64,000 nucleotides of DNA from contig CBDANC010000014.1 in assembly GCA_965197425.1 (NCBI GenBank), positions 32,001 to 96,000 of the forward strand, given 5' to 3'. Positions 1-9,642 of this stretch are shown here, piece after piece; within the stretch, counting starts at the first letter, position 1, and every line of letters starts with the position of its first letter. Position numbers and translations under genes: made by a program. This stretch comes from Bdellovibrionales bacterium. GTDB taxonomy: Bacteria > Bdellovibrionota > Bdellovibrionia > Bdellovibrionales > JAUICD01. A model generated the notes under the pieces. It was not told where the DNA came from. It did not search any database and worked only from the letters and a program-made list of their open reading frames with translations.

Positions 1-321
1 AACAGCAGCGGTAGAACTTATATGAATAAATTTTTGTACTTTTCTTTTAATAACAGCTGATACCACATTCTGTGTTCCATCAACATTAACCTTAAACATA
101 CGATTCCTTGGGCCGTCTGTAACGCCAGCAGCATGTATCACTACATCAACACCCTTAAATGCACTCATTAAAGAATCTAAATTGGTCACATCTCCATGTA
201 CATAATCATGGATATCATGCTTGTTTCTACACATGGATTTTACAGTAATATTCTTGCTTTTTAGATAACAAACCAAGTGACTTCCAATAAATCCATTGGC
301 ACCAGTAACCAGAACAACCAT
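1..321 (-). CDS. NAD-dependent epimerase/dehydratase family protein (N-terminal part; runs off the window start)
   Basis: Hand translation from the ATG at 321 gives MVVLVTGANGFIGSHLV...GDVTNLDSL...VDVVIHAAG...VNVDGTQNV...FIHISSTAAV, with the extended-SDR GxxGxxG motif. Not in the ORF track. Confidence 0.9.
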   Translation of the reverse strand, partial: MVVLVTGANGFIGSHLVCYLKSKNITVKSMCRNKHDIHDYVHGDVTNLDSLMSAFKGVDVVIHAAGVTDGPRNRMFKVNVDGTQNVVSAVIKRKVQKFIHISSTAAV

Positions 322-360
322 ATATTAACTTTAAAGGGATTTGCTCATTATGTCCATTTT

Positions 361-642
361 AACGGGATTGACATCAGTGTACAAAGCTGGGCAACCGCCA
401 AGGCAAAAAACCGACCGCAGGGAGGTTATTTCAATTGGAAAACATAAAGGTTTATCCCGTGAGCCAATTAAACCAAAGTGAACAAGTCCACTTGTTTTTG
501 ACTTCGTTAGGAACGACCTTGTGTAACGGAATCGGCATCGTGTCCACCAGGAAACAGCCACTCGGCTAAAAGATGCCTTGGTTACATTTGGACTTCGTCC
601 TGCATTTCACCAATTCATCTTATCAGCCTCATTAGGCTCACC
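361..642. repeat. Dispersed mosaic repeat family, locus A (about two degenerate units, starting at 361 and 525)
   Basis: aacgggattgacatcagtgtacaaagctgggcaacc (361) and aacggaatcggcatcgtgtcc (525) match 49842 onward; 588-614 is identical over 27 nt to 19883-19909. Confidence 0.85.
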
Positions 643-643
643 T

Positions 644-1312
644 TTACTTTTCAATAGTAATGCTTTCAATAGTAACAGGTGTTATAGGTTTATCGTTATG
701 CATGTTTCTTTCGACTGTACTGATTTCTCTTACAACATCCATACCAGAAACAACTTGCCCAAAAATGGAGTGTTTTCCATCCAAATGAGGCGTAGCATTT
801 AATGTGATAAAAAACTGACTCTCCCCTGTGTTAGGACCAGCATTAGCCATAGACACCACGCCAGCTTTGTTATGTTTTAAACTAGGATTAAACTCATCTT
901 GAATTTTAGAGCCAGTCCCACCTGTTCCGTTACCCAAAGGACAACCAGTTTGAATCATAAATGACGGTATAACACGATGAAATGTCAAACCATTATAAAA
1001 AGGCTTTTTTACAGTCTTTTTCTCTTTCATATCAAGATGATCCTTGGTCCCTTCTGCTAAACCAACAAAGTTAGCTACCGTTATAGGTGCATACCTTGAA
1101 AAAAGCTCAATCTTAATATCCCCTTTAGAAGTCTTAATGTTTCCAAACATCTTTTCCGCCTTAATATTTTTTGCCTTAGGTGACTTACTTCTAGATACAT
1201 CATCCTCACCCTTAGCAGAAAGATTTTGTGTTCCAAAAATCCCAACCATACCCACCACGCTTAATATTGTTATAAAGTTTTTAGGATTTGATTTTTTATA
1301 ATGAGTTATCAT
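644..1312 (-). CDS. Cyclophilin-type peptidyl-prolyl cis-trans isomerase, probably exported
   Basis: FHRVIPSFMIQTGCP, SMANAGPNTGESQFFIT and HLDGKHSIFGQV motifs; hydrophobic N-terminus. Confidence 0.95.
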   Translation of the reverse strand: MITHYKKSNPKNFITILSVVGMVGIFGTQNLSAKGEDDVSRSKSPKAKNIKAEKMFGNIKTSKGDIKIELFSRYAPITVANFVGLAEGTKDHLDMKEKKTVKKPFYNGLTFHRVIPSFMIQTGCPLGNGTGGTGSKIQDEFNPSLKHNKAGVVSMANAGPNTGESQFFITLNATPHLDGKHSIFGQVVSGMDVVREISTVERNMHNDKPITPVTIESITIEK

Positions 1313-2687
1313 TTGTATGCCACCCCCATTTTGGTTTGTAGTAATTATAGTTGTCTTGTGTAACTCTAATTATATTAGTTCCATTTAAATCTGTTATGTA
1401 TAGCTGTCTTTTGCCTGTTCTATTACTTACAAACATTATGCTACGACCATCAGGAGAAAAAGTTGGTTCTTCGTTATTTGATCTTCTAGAAAGCCTACTA
1501 GACTGAGTAAGTCTTTTCAAGTTATTTCCATTAGCATCAATAAGGAATATGTCGTAATACCCTCCCACATTACTAGCAAAGCTAATTTTTTTTCCGTCTG
1601 GTGACCACATTGGCGTAGAGTTATATCTACCTGCATAAGTAAGCCTTTTTAAATTTTGCCCGTTTGTATCTGAGACATATATCATAGGCCTCCCCGACCT
1701 ATCAGATGAAAATGCAATCCTTCTTCCATCAGGACTAACATCAACTTCAATGTTCATTGCACCTCTAGGACCATTAGTTAACCTTGATAGCCTCCTACCA
1801 GTAAGAGTATCAACACTATAAATATCAGCTCGTCCGAATGATGCAATTGTAAAAAATATGCTTCTTCCATCTTTTGCAAAAACACTTCCTGAATTACTAC
1901 CCTTTCTTGCAGATAAAATTTTTGTTCTACTAGTATCAAAACTGTAAATCAATAAATCTGCGTTTCTAATCCTTTGCTTTCTATGAAAAATAAATGATGT
2001 ATACGCCACATGCTTACCATCAGGAGACCATGAAGGAGAAAAAGAGGCAGTCCTATTTCTGCTAATCTGTTTTGCATTTCTACCATCCCAATCCATAACA
2101 AAAATTTCTTTTGCCGCAGATCTAGGAATACTCCTGGAAACCACGATCTTAGAGCCAAAATTCCCTCTCCTACCGGTAAGAGCTAACATCAGATCATTAG
2201 AAAATCTATTGGCAAGACGACTTATATTAGAAACTTTACTGCGGTAAATTCTACCAATGATCATTTTTTCACTAGATACGCTATAAGCATAAGACTCAAA
2301 AGTAACAATACCTTCACTTATGCTGTAAGCAGATTTAATGAGTATATCAGAACCTATTACCTTCCAGTTTTTAAAGTCAAAACCATTTGCAACCATTGTA
2401 TTAGGCTTTATGGATGAAGTTCTAATATCCTCCACATAAGCACTGGTACCCAAAAATTTAAAATAAAATGTGCTGTTTAAATTATTAAAAATCATTCTAT
2501 AAATGTTTTGTCCAACACCAAGCCCCTCTCTGGAAGATTGGGAATACTTTAGCGGAACAAGAGCTACAACTATTTTTTTTGTTTTCGCCTGATCAATATT
2601 GATGACATAGTCATTAGCACTAACATTTAAAGTAACTAATAAAATTAGTAATGTGAAAATTCTCATAATACCCCTGTTGCTAACCAT
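1296..2687 (-). CDS. tolB: Tol-Pal system beta-propeller protein TolB
   Basis: Signal peptide, TolB N-domain, repeated PD40 motifs (PSWSPDG, SPDGRRIAFSSDRSG); follows a TolA-like gene. Confidence 0.9.
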   Translation of the reverse strand: MVSNRGIMRIFTLLILLVTLNVSANDYVINIDQAKTKKIVVALVPLKYSQSSREGLGVGQNIYRMIFNNLNSTFYFKFLGTSAYVEDIRTSSIKPNTMVANGFDFKNWKVIGSDILIKSAYSISEGIVTFESYAYSVSSEKMIIGRIYRSKVSNISRLANRFSNDLMLALTGRRGNFGSKIVVSRSIPRSAAKEIFVMDWDGRNAKQISRNRTASFSPSWSPDGKHVAYTSFIFHRKQRIRNADLLIYSFDTSRTKILSARKGSNSGSVFAKDGRSIFFTIASFGRADIYSVDTLTGRRLSRLTNGPRGAMNIEVDVSPDGRRIAFSSDRSGRPMIYVSDTNGQNLKRLTYAGRYNSTPMWSPDGKKISFASNVGGYYDIFLIDANGNNLKRLTQSSRLSRRSNNEEPTFSPDGRSIMFVSNRTGKRQLYITDLNGTNIIRVTQDNYNYYKPKWGWHTNDNSL

Positions 2688-3470
2688 CTACGGAGAAAGT
2701 GAAAGCGTTATTCCACCAGCTTTAACCAAATCGACAAATTTATCAACTGGCCTTGGAAAAGGAGAAGCATCTTCGATGGAGTCTATCACACTCCTATCAA
2801 ACCTACTATCACCCGATGATTTTACCATAACCTGTTTTATCAAACGCCCATCTTCATCCAAAAACAATCTTACCTTGGCGTTTAAGTCAGATTGAGCAAG
2901 CCAACCTGGAATACTCCAATATCTTCTTGCATGTTCTCTTAAATCATCTATATACCGATCATAATCTATTCGCTCTAAACCTTGAAGAGCAGCTCCTGGA
3001 GATATTCTATTACCTTTGTAGGCATAGGAAGAATTTTCCTCCAAGTTTAGCTTCTTCTTCATTTCCTGTATCTGCTTTATTCTCTCTATAGCGCTTTTTC
3101 CAAAAGCATTTTCATTAACTTCTTTTTTAGCCTCTTTCTTAGCTTCTTTTTTCTTTTTAACCTGATTTTTTACAGGCTTTGGTTTATTAACAATTTTTTT
3201 GACTTCTTTACTAACTTCCTTCTTAACCTCTTTTTTAACTTCTTTCTTTTCTGGTTTTTGTACGGCTTCTTTTTGCCTAGGAGCTTCCATGGGCTCCTTA
3301 TCAGGCAAAGCTACCATGTCAACCCTTATAGCTGGAGGATTAGAAATAGTCTTGCTAGGCAAGATAATTGGCTTTATAGATAACAATATAAAGGCACACA
3401 CATGAAAAAAAATAGAACCTTTTAAACCCCACATACTAGGTAGTTTATAGAATACATTGCCTATTTTCAA
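2688..3470 (-). CDS. tolA: TolA/TonB family protein
   Basis: N-terminal TM segment with SxxxH (SIFFH), KKEV/KKEA-rich linker, TonB_C-like end (SSGDSRFDRSV...ASPFPRP); directly upstream of tolB. Confidence 0.8.
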   Translation of the reverse strand: MKIGNVFYKLPSMWGLKGSIFFHVCAFILLSIKPIILPSKTISNPPAIRVDMVALPDKEPMEAPRQKEAVQKPEKKEVKKEVKKEVSKEVKKIVNKPKPVKNQVKKKKEAKKEAKKEVNENAFGKSAIERIKQIQEMKKKLNLEENSSYAYKGNRISPGAALQGLERIDYDRYIDDLREHARRYWSIPGWLAQSDLNAKVRLFLDEDGRLIKQVMVKSSGDSRFDRSVIDSIEDASPFPRPVDKFVDLVKAGGITLSLSP

Positions 3471-3671
3471 GGGTAAGAAAAGTATTAATTTTACCCTAAA
3501 GGTTAATTATAATAATGCAAATATATCCTAGCAAAGCAAATTTTAACTTTATAACAAGGCCACATCTATGATAAGAAGCTTAATGCTTACTCAAAAGTAA
3601 CCAGAGTTCTTATAGTAAAAATGTTAACTAACTAGACTCAGAGTCAGTATGTGAACTTAAGGTTTTAGGAT

Positions 3672-4976
3672 ATGGAATTTAACTTAAAATACAAAACATC
3701 ATTTGATCTTATACTAGAATCATCAGTATCTGCCCTAGAAATAAACAAAGCATTCGATGAAGTTTATAAACACCTGTCAAATAATACGCAGGTAAAGGGT
3801 TTTAGAAATAAGAAAATTCCAATGAGTGTAGTAAAAACCAATTTTGCCAACAAAGCCAAAACGATGGTAGCTGACTTACTAATACAAAAAGCATATGACT
3901 ATACAAAAACACAACCACTAAAATTTATTGAATTAACAGACGATTTTTCTTCCTTAAATAACCTTCCATCAGAAGAAGAACCATATAAATTTGTCTTAAC
4001 ATTTAAAGTACAACCAATGCCAGAAATCAAAAGTACCTTAACTGGAATGAAACTAGAAATGCCAGACATCACAGCCACGCAAGACAAAATAGACTGGCAC
4101 CTAAATTTCTACAGAAGAGCAGAAAATGAAAAACAAATAATAGAAAATAGAGGGGCAGAAGAACACGACATACTGATTGCAGAAATCAAAGTTAAAATAC
4201 ACGGAGTTCCTTGTGAAAGTCTTTCAAAGAATCCAGGAATTATACATCTATCCAAACAAACTAATCCACAAGAAATGATAGATGAACTAATTGGAATAAA
4301 ACCCGGGGAAGACAGAACCATCCACATAGAACCTAAAAAGGATAGCTCCTATTATATCGACAGAGTTAAAAAAACATATAGTGTAAAAATATATAAAATA
4401 GTAGAACTACAACTTGCTCCGTTGGATAGCAACTTGGCTAAAAAATTTAACCAGAACTCAGTAGATGATCTAAAGACCTTTATAAAATCAATAGTCGAAT
4501 ATGGGTGCTCTGTCGACATTAGAAATAACTTAGAAAAACAAATAATAGATATTTTACTAAAGGAACAAAACACAGAACTAACTAAAAATTCCATCAACGA
4601 ACAAAAAAGTTTGATAAAAAATGATTTTAGAAAAGAAATGCTCATGTTAGGTTGGACATCCGAAAAAATTGATAAAAAACTACAAGAAATGGACGGTAAG
4701 TTAGAGCAAGAAAGTATAAACAAATGCAGTCTAGAACTTATTATCTCACAAATAATAGCTGAACTCAACATACAACCAACAAACCAAGACATAGAATCAA
4801 AAATCAAAGAAATATGTGCCAGAGAAATGAGGCCGGAAAACGAAATAAGAAAAAGATTTTCTAACAAACAAGGACTGATATACCTAAACTATCTAGTATC
4901 AAAAGATAAGGCTTTCAATCATATCATAACAACCGCAAAATTTAATAAAAACAAGGAATCAAATGACATCCACTAA
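3672..4976 (+). CDS. Trigger factor-like protein (divergent)
   Basis: 434 aa, GFRNKKIP resembling the GFRxGxxP ribosome-binding loop, FKBP-like centre (LIGIKPGEDR), LAPLDSNLAKK and a helical C-domain. Confidence 0.75.
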   Translation: MEFNLKYKTSFDLILESSVSALEINKAFDEVYKHLSNNTQVKGFRNKKIPMSVVKTNFANKAKTMVADLLIQKAYDYTKTQPLKFIELTDDFSSLNNLPSEEEPYKFVLTFKVQPMPEIKSTLTGMKLEMPDITATQDKIDWHLNFYRRAENEKQIIENRGAEEHDILIAEIKVKIHGVPCESLSKNPGIIHLSKQTNPQEMIDELIGIKPGEDRTIHIEPKKDSSYYIDRVKKTYSVKIYKIVELQLAPLDSNLAKKFNQNSVDDLKTFIKSIVEYGCSVDIRNNLEKQIIDILLKEQNTELTKNSINEQKSLIKNDFRKEMLMLGWTSEKIDKKLQEMDGKLEQESINKCSLELIISQIIAELNIQPTNQDIESKIKEICAREMRPENEIRKRFSNKQGLIYLNYLVSKDKAFNHIITTAKFNKNKESNDIH

Positions 4977-6081
4977 TGTCGAAAAAATATCTAAATTTGA
5001 AGTAAAACTAGAAACGAGTTTTCCTAAAAACAGATGCTTAAAATCAAATAAAAAGAAGAAGAAAAGAAAACAGGAACTAGATCAAACCAAGGTAGAAAAC
5101 AATCTTCAACAAATAGTATATGAAACCCTCCTTAAAAATAATATGGCACCTACTGGAATACCAACATTTACACTGGATAACACAAACAGTAAATGTAACC
5201 TTACCTATCAAACAAAAATAAATCTACTAACTCCTATAAACAATATAGATCACCTCAAAGTTACAAAACATAATACAGATGCGACACAACAGATGATAGA
5301 CAATCAAATTGATGAAATTAAAAGAGACTCAACAAAATATTCCATCTTGAAAGAAGATAGAGGTGTGACAGAATCTGACCTTGTATATTTGGAAATTGAA
5401 ATTGCAAATGATTTGAAACTAAATCAATCAGTAATACTGAACAAACCATTTGAAATACCGAACCTGCCAAAAACTATTGTTGGAATGAAACTAAACGAAA
5501 CTAAAATCGTAGATGTACAATTACCAGATACTTTACAATATAGAAAGTATGCAGGTAAAACAGAGAACATTAAAATTACTGTTAAGCAAATTCTAACATA
5601 TGAATTTCCAACAATGAATGATACATTTTGCAAAACACTCGGGTTTGATGATGTAGTACACCACCTAGTGAATATAATTTCAGAAGTAATATCAAAACAA
5701 AAACAATCGTTTTATCTAAAAGTAGAAGAAGAAATATGCAGCCAACTACTAAAAAAATATCCTATCGAAGTTTCAGAACAAGCTATACAAGAGCATAAAA
5801 CACAGCTCGCAAACAAACTAAACTCCAAGCTCACTAAATACAAATGGTCCAAAAAGGAAATAGACGACTATCTAATAAAAGAATTAGAAAACCTTTTAAA
5901 CCAAACCAAAAAAGAACTTACACAAGATAGTATAACCTCTCAGCTAATAGCTTACTTTAAACAAAATTATAATATCGGGGAAGGGTATAACTTTGCTAAT
6001 TTAACAACAATAGATCCAAATCTAAAAAATATAATAAAATATAAAATTATCGATCACATTATAAAGACTAGTGATACCTAA
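4963..6081 (+). CDS. Second trigger factor-like protein, N-domain degenerate
   Basis: IVGMKLNETKIVDVQLPD..Y..YAGK and FPTMNDTFCKTLG match the trigger factor FKBP/C-domain pattern; no GFRxGxxP motif; overlaps the upstream gene by 14 nt. Confidence 0.7.
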   Translation: MTSTNVEKISKFEVKLETSFPKNRCLKSNKKKKKRKQELDQTKVENNLQQIVYETLLKNNMAPTGIPTFTLDNTNSKCNLTYQTKINLLTPINNIDHLKVTKHNTDATQQMIDNQIDEIKRDSTKYSILKEDRGVTESDLVYLEIEIANDLKLNQSVILNKPFEIPNLPKTIVGMKLNETKIVDVQLPDTLQYRKYAGKTENIKITVKQILTYEFPTMNDTFCKTLGFDDVVHHLVNIISEVISKQKQSFYLKVEEEICSQLLKKYPIEVSEQAIQEHKTQLANKLNSKLTKYKWSKKEIDDYLIKELENLLNQTKKELTQDSITSQLIAYFKQNYNIGEGYNFANLTTIDPNLKNIIKYKIIDHIIKTSDT

Positions 6082-6099
6082 TCATATCAATAACAACGC

Positions 6100-7143
6100 T
6101 TAAGACTTTCTTTTTTTGAATTCTTTGGCAAAGTCGTCTGCAATAGTCTTTAACCTTCCAAAAACGTAGTCACCCTTTCTGATTTCCAGTCCTTCATTTT
6201 TACCTGAAAGTAGATTCTTTAAAAATCTCTCTAAAGCAAACAAGGGGCCGACAGTTCTATGGGATAAAATTAAACCTATATACCCCATAGCCCCCATAAA
6301 GATTGTACTCAACACCAAGTGTATTATGATAAACGAAGCTAAAAACTTCTTTTTACTTGGAATAGATGAAGGGTCATCAAGCACTACACTTAAGAATGTA
6401 TAAGAATAAACCAAAGTAATTATAGCAAATGCCATCACAAAAAGTATTAGCCTTATACAATACTTATACTGATATTCTTTATCAGATAAATATTTTTTTC
6501 TTAAGTTATCTATGGGCCATAGCACAGAACCACCCTTTAATAAATAAATGATGATTATTGCACAACCCACCCACTGAAAAGCATCTGCAAAGTTCCAAAT
6601 AAACTTATAACTAAAACCCTTTTCCCAGGGAATCTTAATCTGAATAAATATAAAATCTGTAATTTTCTTATTAACTATCCTGTCTGCAACATTACCTAAT
6701 ATACTACCTAACAACAAAGAGATACCTGCCCTAAGAGCCAGCATTTTATGTGGCAAGAACATCTGTATCATTATAAAAATAAAGATAAGTATTGCACCCA
6801 CGGTCGAAAGAGATACAACCTTTTGAATTTGTGGTAGATCAGAAAATGTACTTAAAATAATTCCTGAGTTAGTCTGACATTCTATACCAAACTTAATGCC
6901 CCAAAAACCATGCTCCGATTCGGGAACACGATCATCACATATGTTAGACTCACTTAACTCATCTTCAAGAAAAATAGTGTCTTCATTCCTGGGAATAATC
7001 TCCTCTACTTCAGTATCCTGAGTACCATCCTTATAACAATCACCGCAAAAATGATATTTTGTATATAAATCAGGTATTAAGGTAATTGCTATTGGAACAA
7101 AAACAACCAATAACCAATCCAATTTCCCCATACTACTCTTCAT
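6100..7143 (-). CDS. lspA: Signal peptidase II (LspA) fused to a C-terminal two-TM/HAMP-like module
   Basis: NSGIILS, GNVADR, ITDFI and WNFADA (both catalytic Asp positions present); about 130 extra C-terminal residues with two TM segments and SHRTVGPLFALERFL...IRKGD. Confidence 0.8.
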   Translation of the reverse strand: MKSSMGKLDWLLVVFVPIAITLIPDLYTKYHFCGDCYKDGTQDTEVEEIIPRNEDTIFLEDELSESNICDDRVPESEHGFWGIKFGIECQTNSGIILSTFSDLPQIQKVVSLSTVGAILIFIFIMIQMFLPHKMLALRAGISLLLGSILGNVADRIVNKKITDFIFIQIKIPWEKGFSYKFIWNFADAFQWVGCAIIIIYLLKGGSVLWPIDNLRKKYLSDKEYQYKYCIRLILFVMAFAIITLVYSYTFLSVVLDDPSSIPSKKKFLASFIIIHLVLSTIFMGAMGYIGLILSHRTVGPLFALERFLKNLLSGKNEGLEIRKGDYVFGRLKTIADDFAKEFKKRKS

Positions 7144-7332
7144 AGAATAACAGTCTATATTTCCACATGACCATTTTCAAATACCTAACCCAATTTAGCC
7201 AACACCCAGGACCAAAGGCGTTGCTCTAACAGCAATTTTTGATCAATAAGCCGTAGCGGGATACCTCTAAAGCATGTGTAGTCATCTGCAGTGAGTATAC
7301 CTAAAGCGTACTTCCAAAGCATGATATATTTA

Positions 7333-8823
7333 TTATATTGGTGATGGAGATACTTCTTCTTGAATAGAAGAATCAAACTGCCGTATTTTTTTTCTTAACA
7401 TTCTAATAATTCTTTGTTTGTCCATAAAAGATTTTATCATGCTACCGGGATATCTATCCCAAACCGCACAACAAATGTGTTCCTGTGCTGTCAATAGTGC
7501 TGACAACCCTTTATTGTCCCTCAACTTGGGCTTAATCCTAGGATGGGCTAATAAAAGTTCAACAGCATAAGGAACCATCTCCCTTGCAGCCATAATTAAA
7601 GGAGTTGTCTTATCAAACGAAGCCAAGTTTACATCAATATCAGGGTGTTTCAAAAACATTGGGATTACCCACTGACTACTAGCTCTAACTTCAAGCGGAC
7701 CACTGTCTTTAATAAGTAAAGTCAACGCAGGCATATTAAAAATATCCTGAGCATTTACATCTATACCACCCACACCATCTACACCATCCACCTGAAGCAG
7801 CTGCTCTATCACATAAGCTCGTTTGTTCCTGGCTGCAACAACCAAAGCTGTTTCACCCAACTGATTAGTGGCATTCACTTCGATACCAGTATAAGAAAGC
7901 AAAAGTTTTATAACTTCCAAATGGCCATTACGACTTGCTGCTATTAAAGGCGTACTTAATATTATAGAGCCACCAGTATTGACATCTATATTCTTTACTC
8001 CTAGTAAGCTTGCTACTACATCCACATGGCCATTCTTTGCGGCTAGCAATAAAGCAGTCTGATGTTTAAGGTTTTTGGAATTTACATCAATATCATCAGA
8101 TGCATCAAGCAAAGTTTCCACAGCGTCGTCATGTCCATTCTGTGCTGCCAACATAAGAGCATAGTTCCCCGTATTATCTACTACATGTAAGATATTTATA
8201 TGTGTACTAGCAGCAAATGCAAGTAATTCTCTTATCACATCCATATGGCCATTCTCTGCTGCTAACATCAAAGCTGTACGACCATACAAATTTCTAGCAT
8301 TCAAATTGATATTAAAGTTATCCAGCAAAACTCTAATAACACCTACATGTCCGTTCTGTGCTGCTAACATCAAAACAGTGTTATCCATTTTATCTTTGGC
8401 ATCTACATTTATCTTACGTACTGCAATCAACTCTCCTACCACATCCACATGGCCATTCTTTGCCGCCAACATCAAAGTTGTCTCTTCAGCATCATTACGA
8501 TACTCTGAATTTATACCCTTAACTTTAAGCAATTCTCTTACCAGATCCACATCCCCAATACTTGCAGCTACCCCAAAGGTAGATAAAGGGAAATTTTTAT
8601 TATCTAAATTCCAGACATCGAGCAAAACCCTAGGAGCATCCAACCCCTTAATGTCATAGATGGTACTAACAACAGGATGGTTGGAATATTTTGTCTCTAA
8701 AAACTTAACTGTTAATGTATCTTTAAAACCAACAAGAGCCTGTACACAATCTACACTCCATGCAGTTTGCGAGAAAATCAAAGTTACCAACAACAACAAA
8801 ACACGCCCCTTAACGCCTACCAC
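7333..8823 (-). CDS. Secreted ankyrin-repeat protein
   Basis: Signal peptide ending AWS; many TxLxLAAxNGH repeats; GGAGG upstream of the GTG start. Confidence 0.93.
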   Translation of the reverse strand: MVGVKGRVLLLLVTLIFSQTAWSVDCVQALVGFKDTLTVKFLETKYSNHPVVSTIYDIKGLDAPRVLLDVWNLDNKNFPLSTFGVAASIGDVDLVRELLKVKGINSEYRNDAEETTLMLAAKNGHVDVVGELIAVRKINVDAKDKMDNTVLMLAAQNGHVGVIRVLLDNFNINLNARNLYGRTALMLAAENGHMDVIRELLAFAASTHINILHVVDNTGNYALMLAAQNGHDDAVETLLDASDDIDVNSKNLKHQTALLLAAKNGHVDVVASLLGVKNIDVNTGGSIILSTPLIAASRNGHLEVIKLLLSYTGIEVNATNQLGETALVVAARNKRAYVIEQLLQVDGVDGVGGIDVNAQDIFNMPALTLLIKDSGPLEVRASSQWVIPMFLKHPDIDVNLASFDKTTPLIMAAREMVPYAVELLLAHPRIKPKLRDNKGLSALLTAQEHICCAVWDRYPGSMIKSFMDKQRIIRMLRKKIRQFDSSIQEEVSPSPI

Positions 8824-9041
8824 TAGTACCTCCCGATACTAAACAAATATCCTTTTTGGGAAGCGCATCGTAGCATGTGCACACCCCTAAAAACCATAAA
8901 AATACACGGCTACCTATATTTTCAACAAATCATGTACCCAAATAGATATATTCTTTTAAAATTTGTACAAAATATGAGAAATAAATCCCCAAAACTGAAA
9001 TTGGGGTTAAACACTCTTATTAAGCTAGAAAGAATAATATA

Positions 9042-9491
9042 CTACTTTTTGAGTTTACCTTTTATTAAAGCATCTAAAGAGAACTTTCCTCCACCTGATA
9101 AAGCAAAATAGGTAAAGCAAGTGAAGTACATTAAAGCTAACTCTCTTTTGCTGAACGGATCTCCTGCATGTACAACAAATGCTGCAACCAACATGTTTAT
9201 CATCAAAGGAATAGAAAAAATCCTGGTACCAACACCCATTAACACTGCCACCGAACAGAAAAACTCAGCAAACACCACAAGCGCCATACTAAAGCTAGAA
9301 CCTACGCCTAAAGGATCAGGAAATGACTCCGCCCTTTCAGAATAGGACATTAATTTAGGTAACCCATGAGTCAACATCATAGACGAAACAGAAATCCTAA
9401 GAAACAAGTGGCCTATATCACCCATTAAGCCACAACACTTTGCAGAACAACATTTTTGCATCAACGATTTTATAGTTATATCACACCTCAC
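9042..9491 (-). CDS. DoxX family membrane protein
   Basis: LRI...HGLPKL...FPDPLGVG...AEFFCS...HAGDPFSKRELA...GGKFSLD. The start may be a later Met. Confidence 0.9.
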   Translation of the reverse strand: MRCDITIKSLMQKCCSAKCCGLMGDIGHLFLRISVSSMMLTHGLPKLMSYSERAESFPDPLGVGSSFSMALVVFAEFFCSVAVLMGVGTRIFSIPLMINMLVAAFVVHAGDPFSKRELALMYFTCFTYFALSGGGKFSLDALIKGKLKK

Positions 9492-9642
9492 CTTTTAAGG
9501 TTTATACCAAACACCAAAACCCTGAACGGATAACAATAACTTGCAAATCAACACTTTTTAACTTGCAATAACATCCTAACCAGTAATACAACTATCAGGC
9601 CATTTATTATTTTATCAAGCAATTTATATAACGGAGGAGATT

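Noticed and set aside
331..802. Short ORFs 331-561 and 578-802 (also 19834-20094, 27531-27959, 49765-49986, 49790-49999)
   Set aside because: They overlap the dispersed DNA repeat or lie antisense to real genes; the shared peptide GLRPAFHQ reflects the DNA repeat, not a protein family.
3120..3250. Low-complexity repeat inside tolA
   Set aside because: It encodes the normal KKEV/KKEA helical linker of TolA-type proteins.
7185..7330. GC-richer intergenic stretch with short repeats (atacc..ctaaagc) and ORF 7185-7376
   Set aside because: Only short, weak repeats and one 5-bp hairpin; no convincing match to the repeat family or a known RNA.
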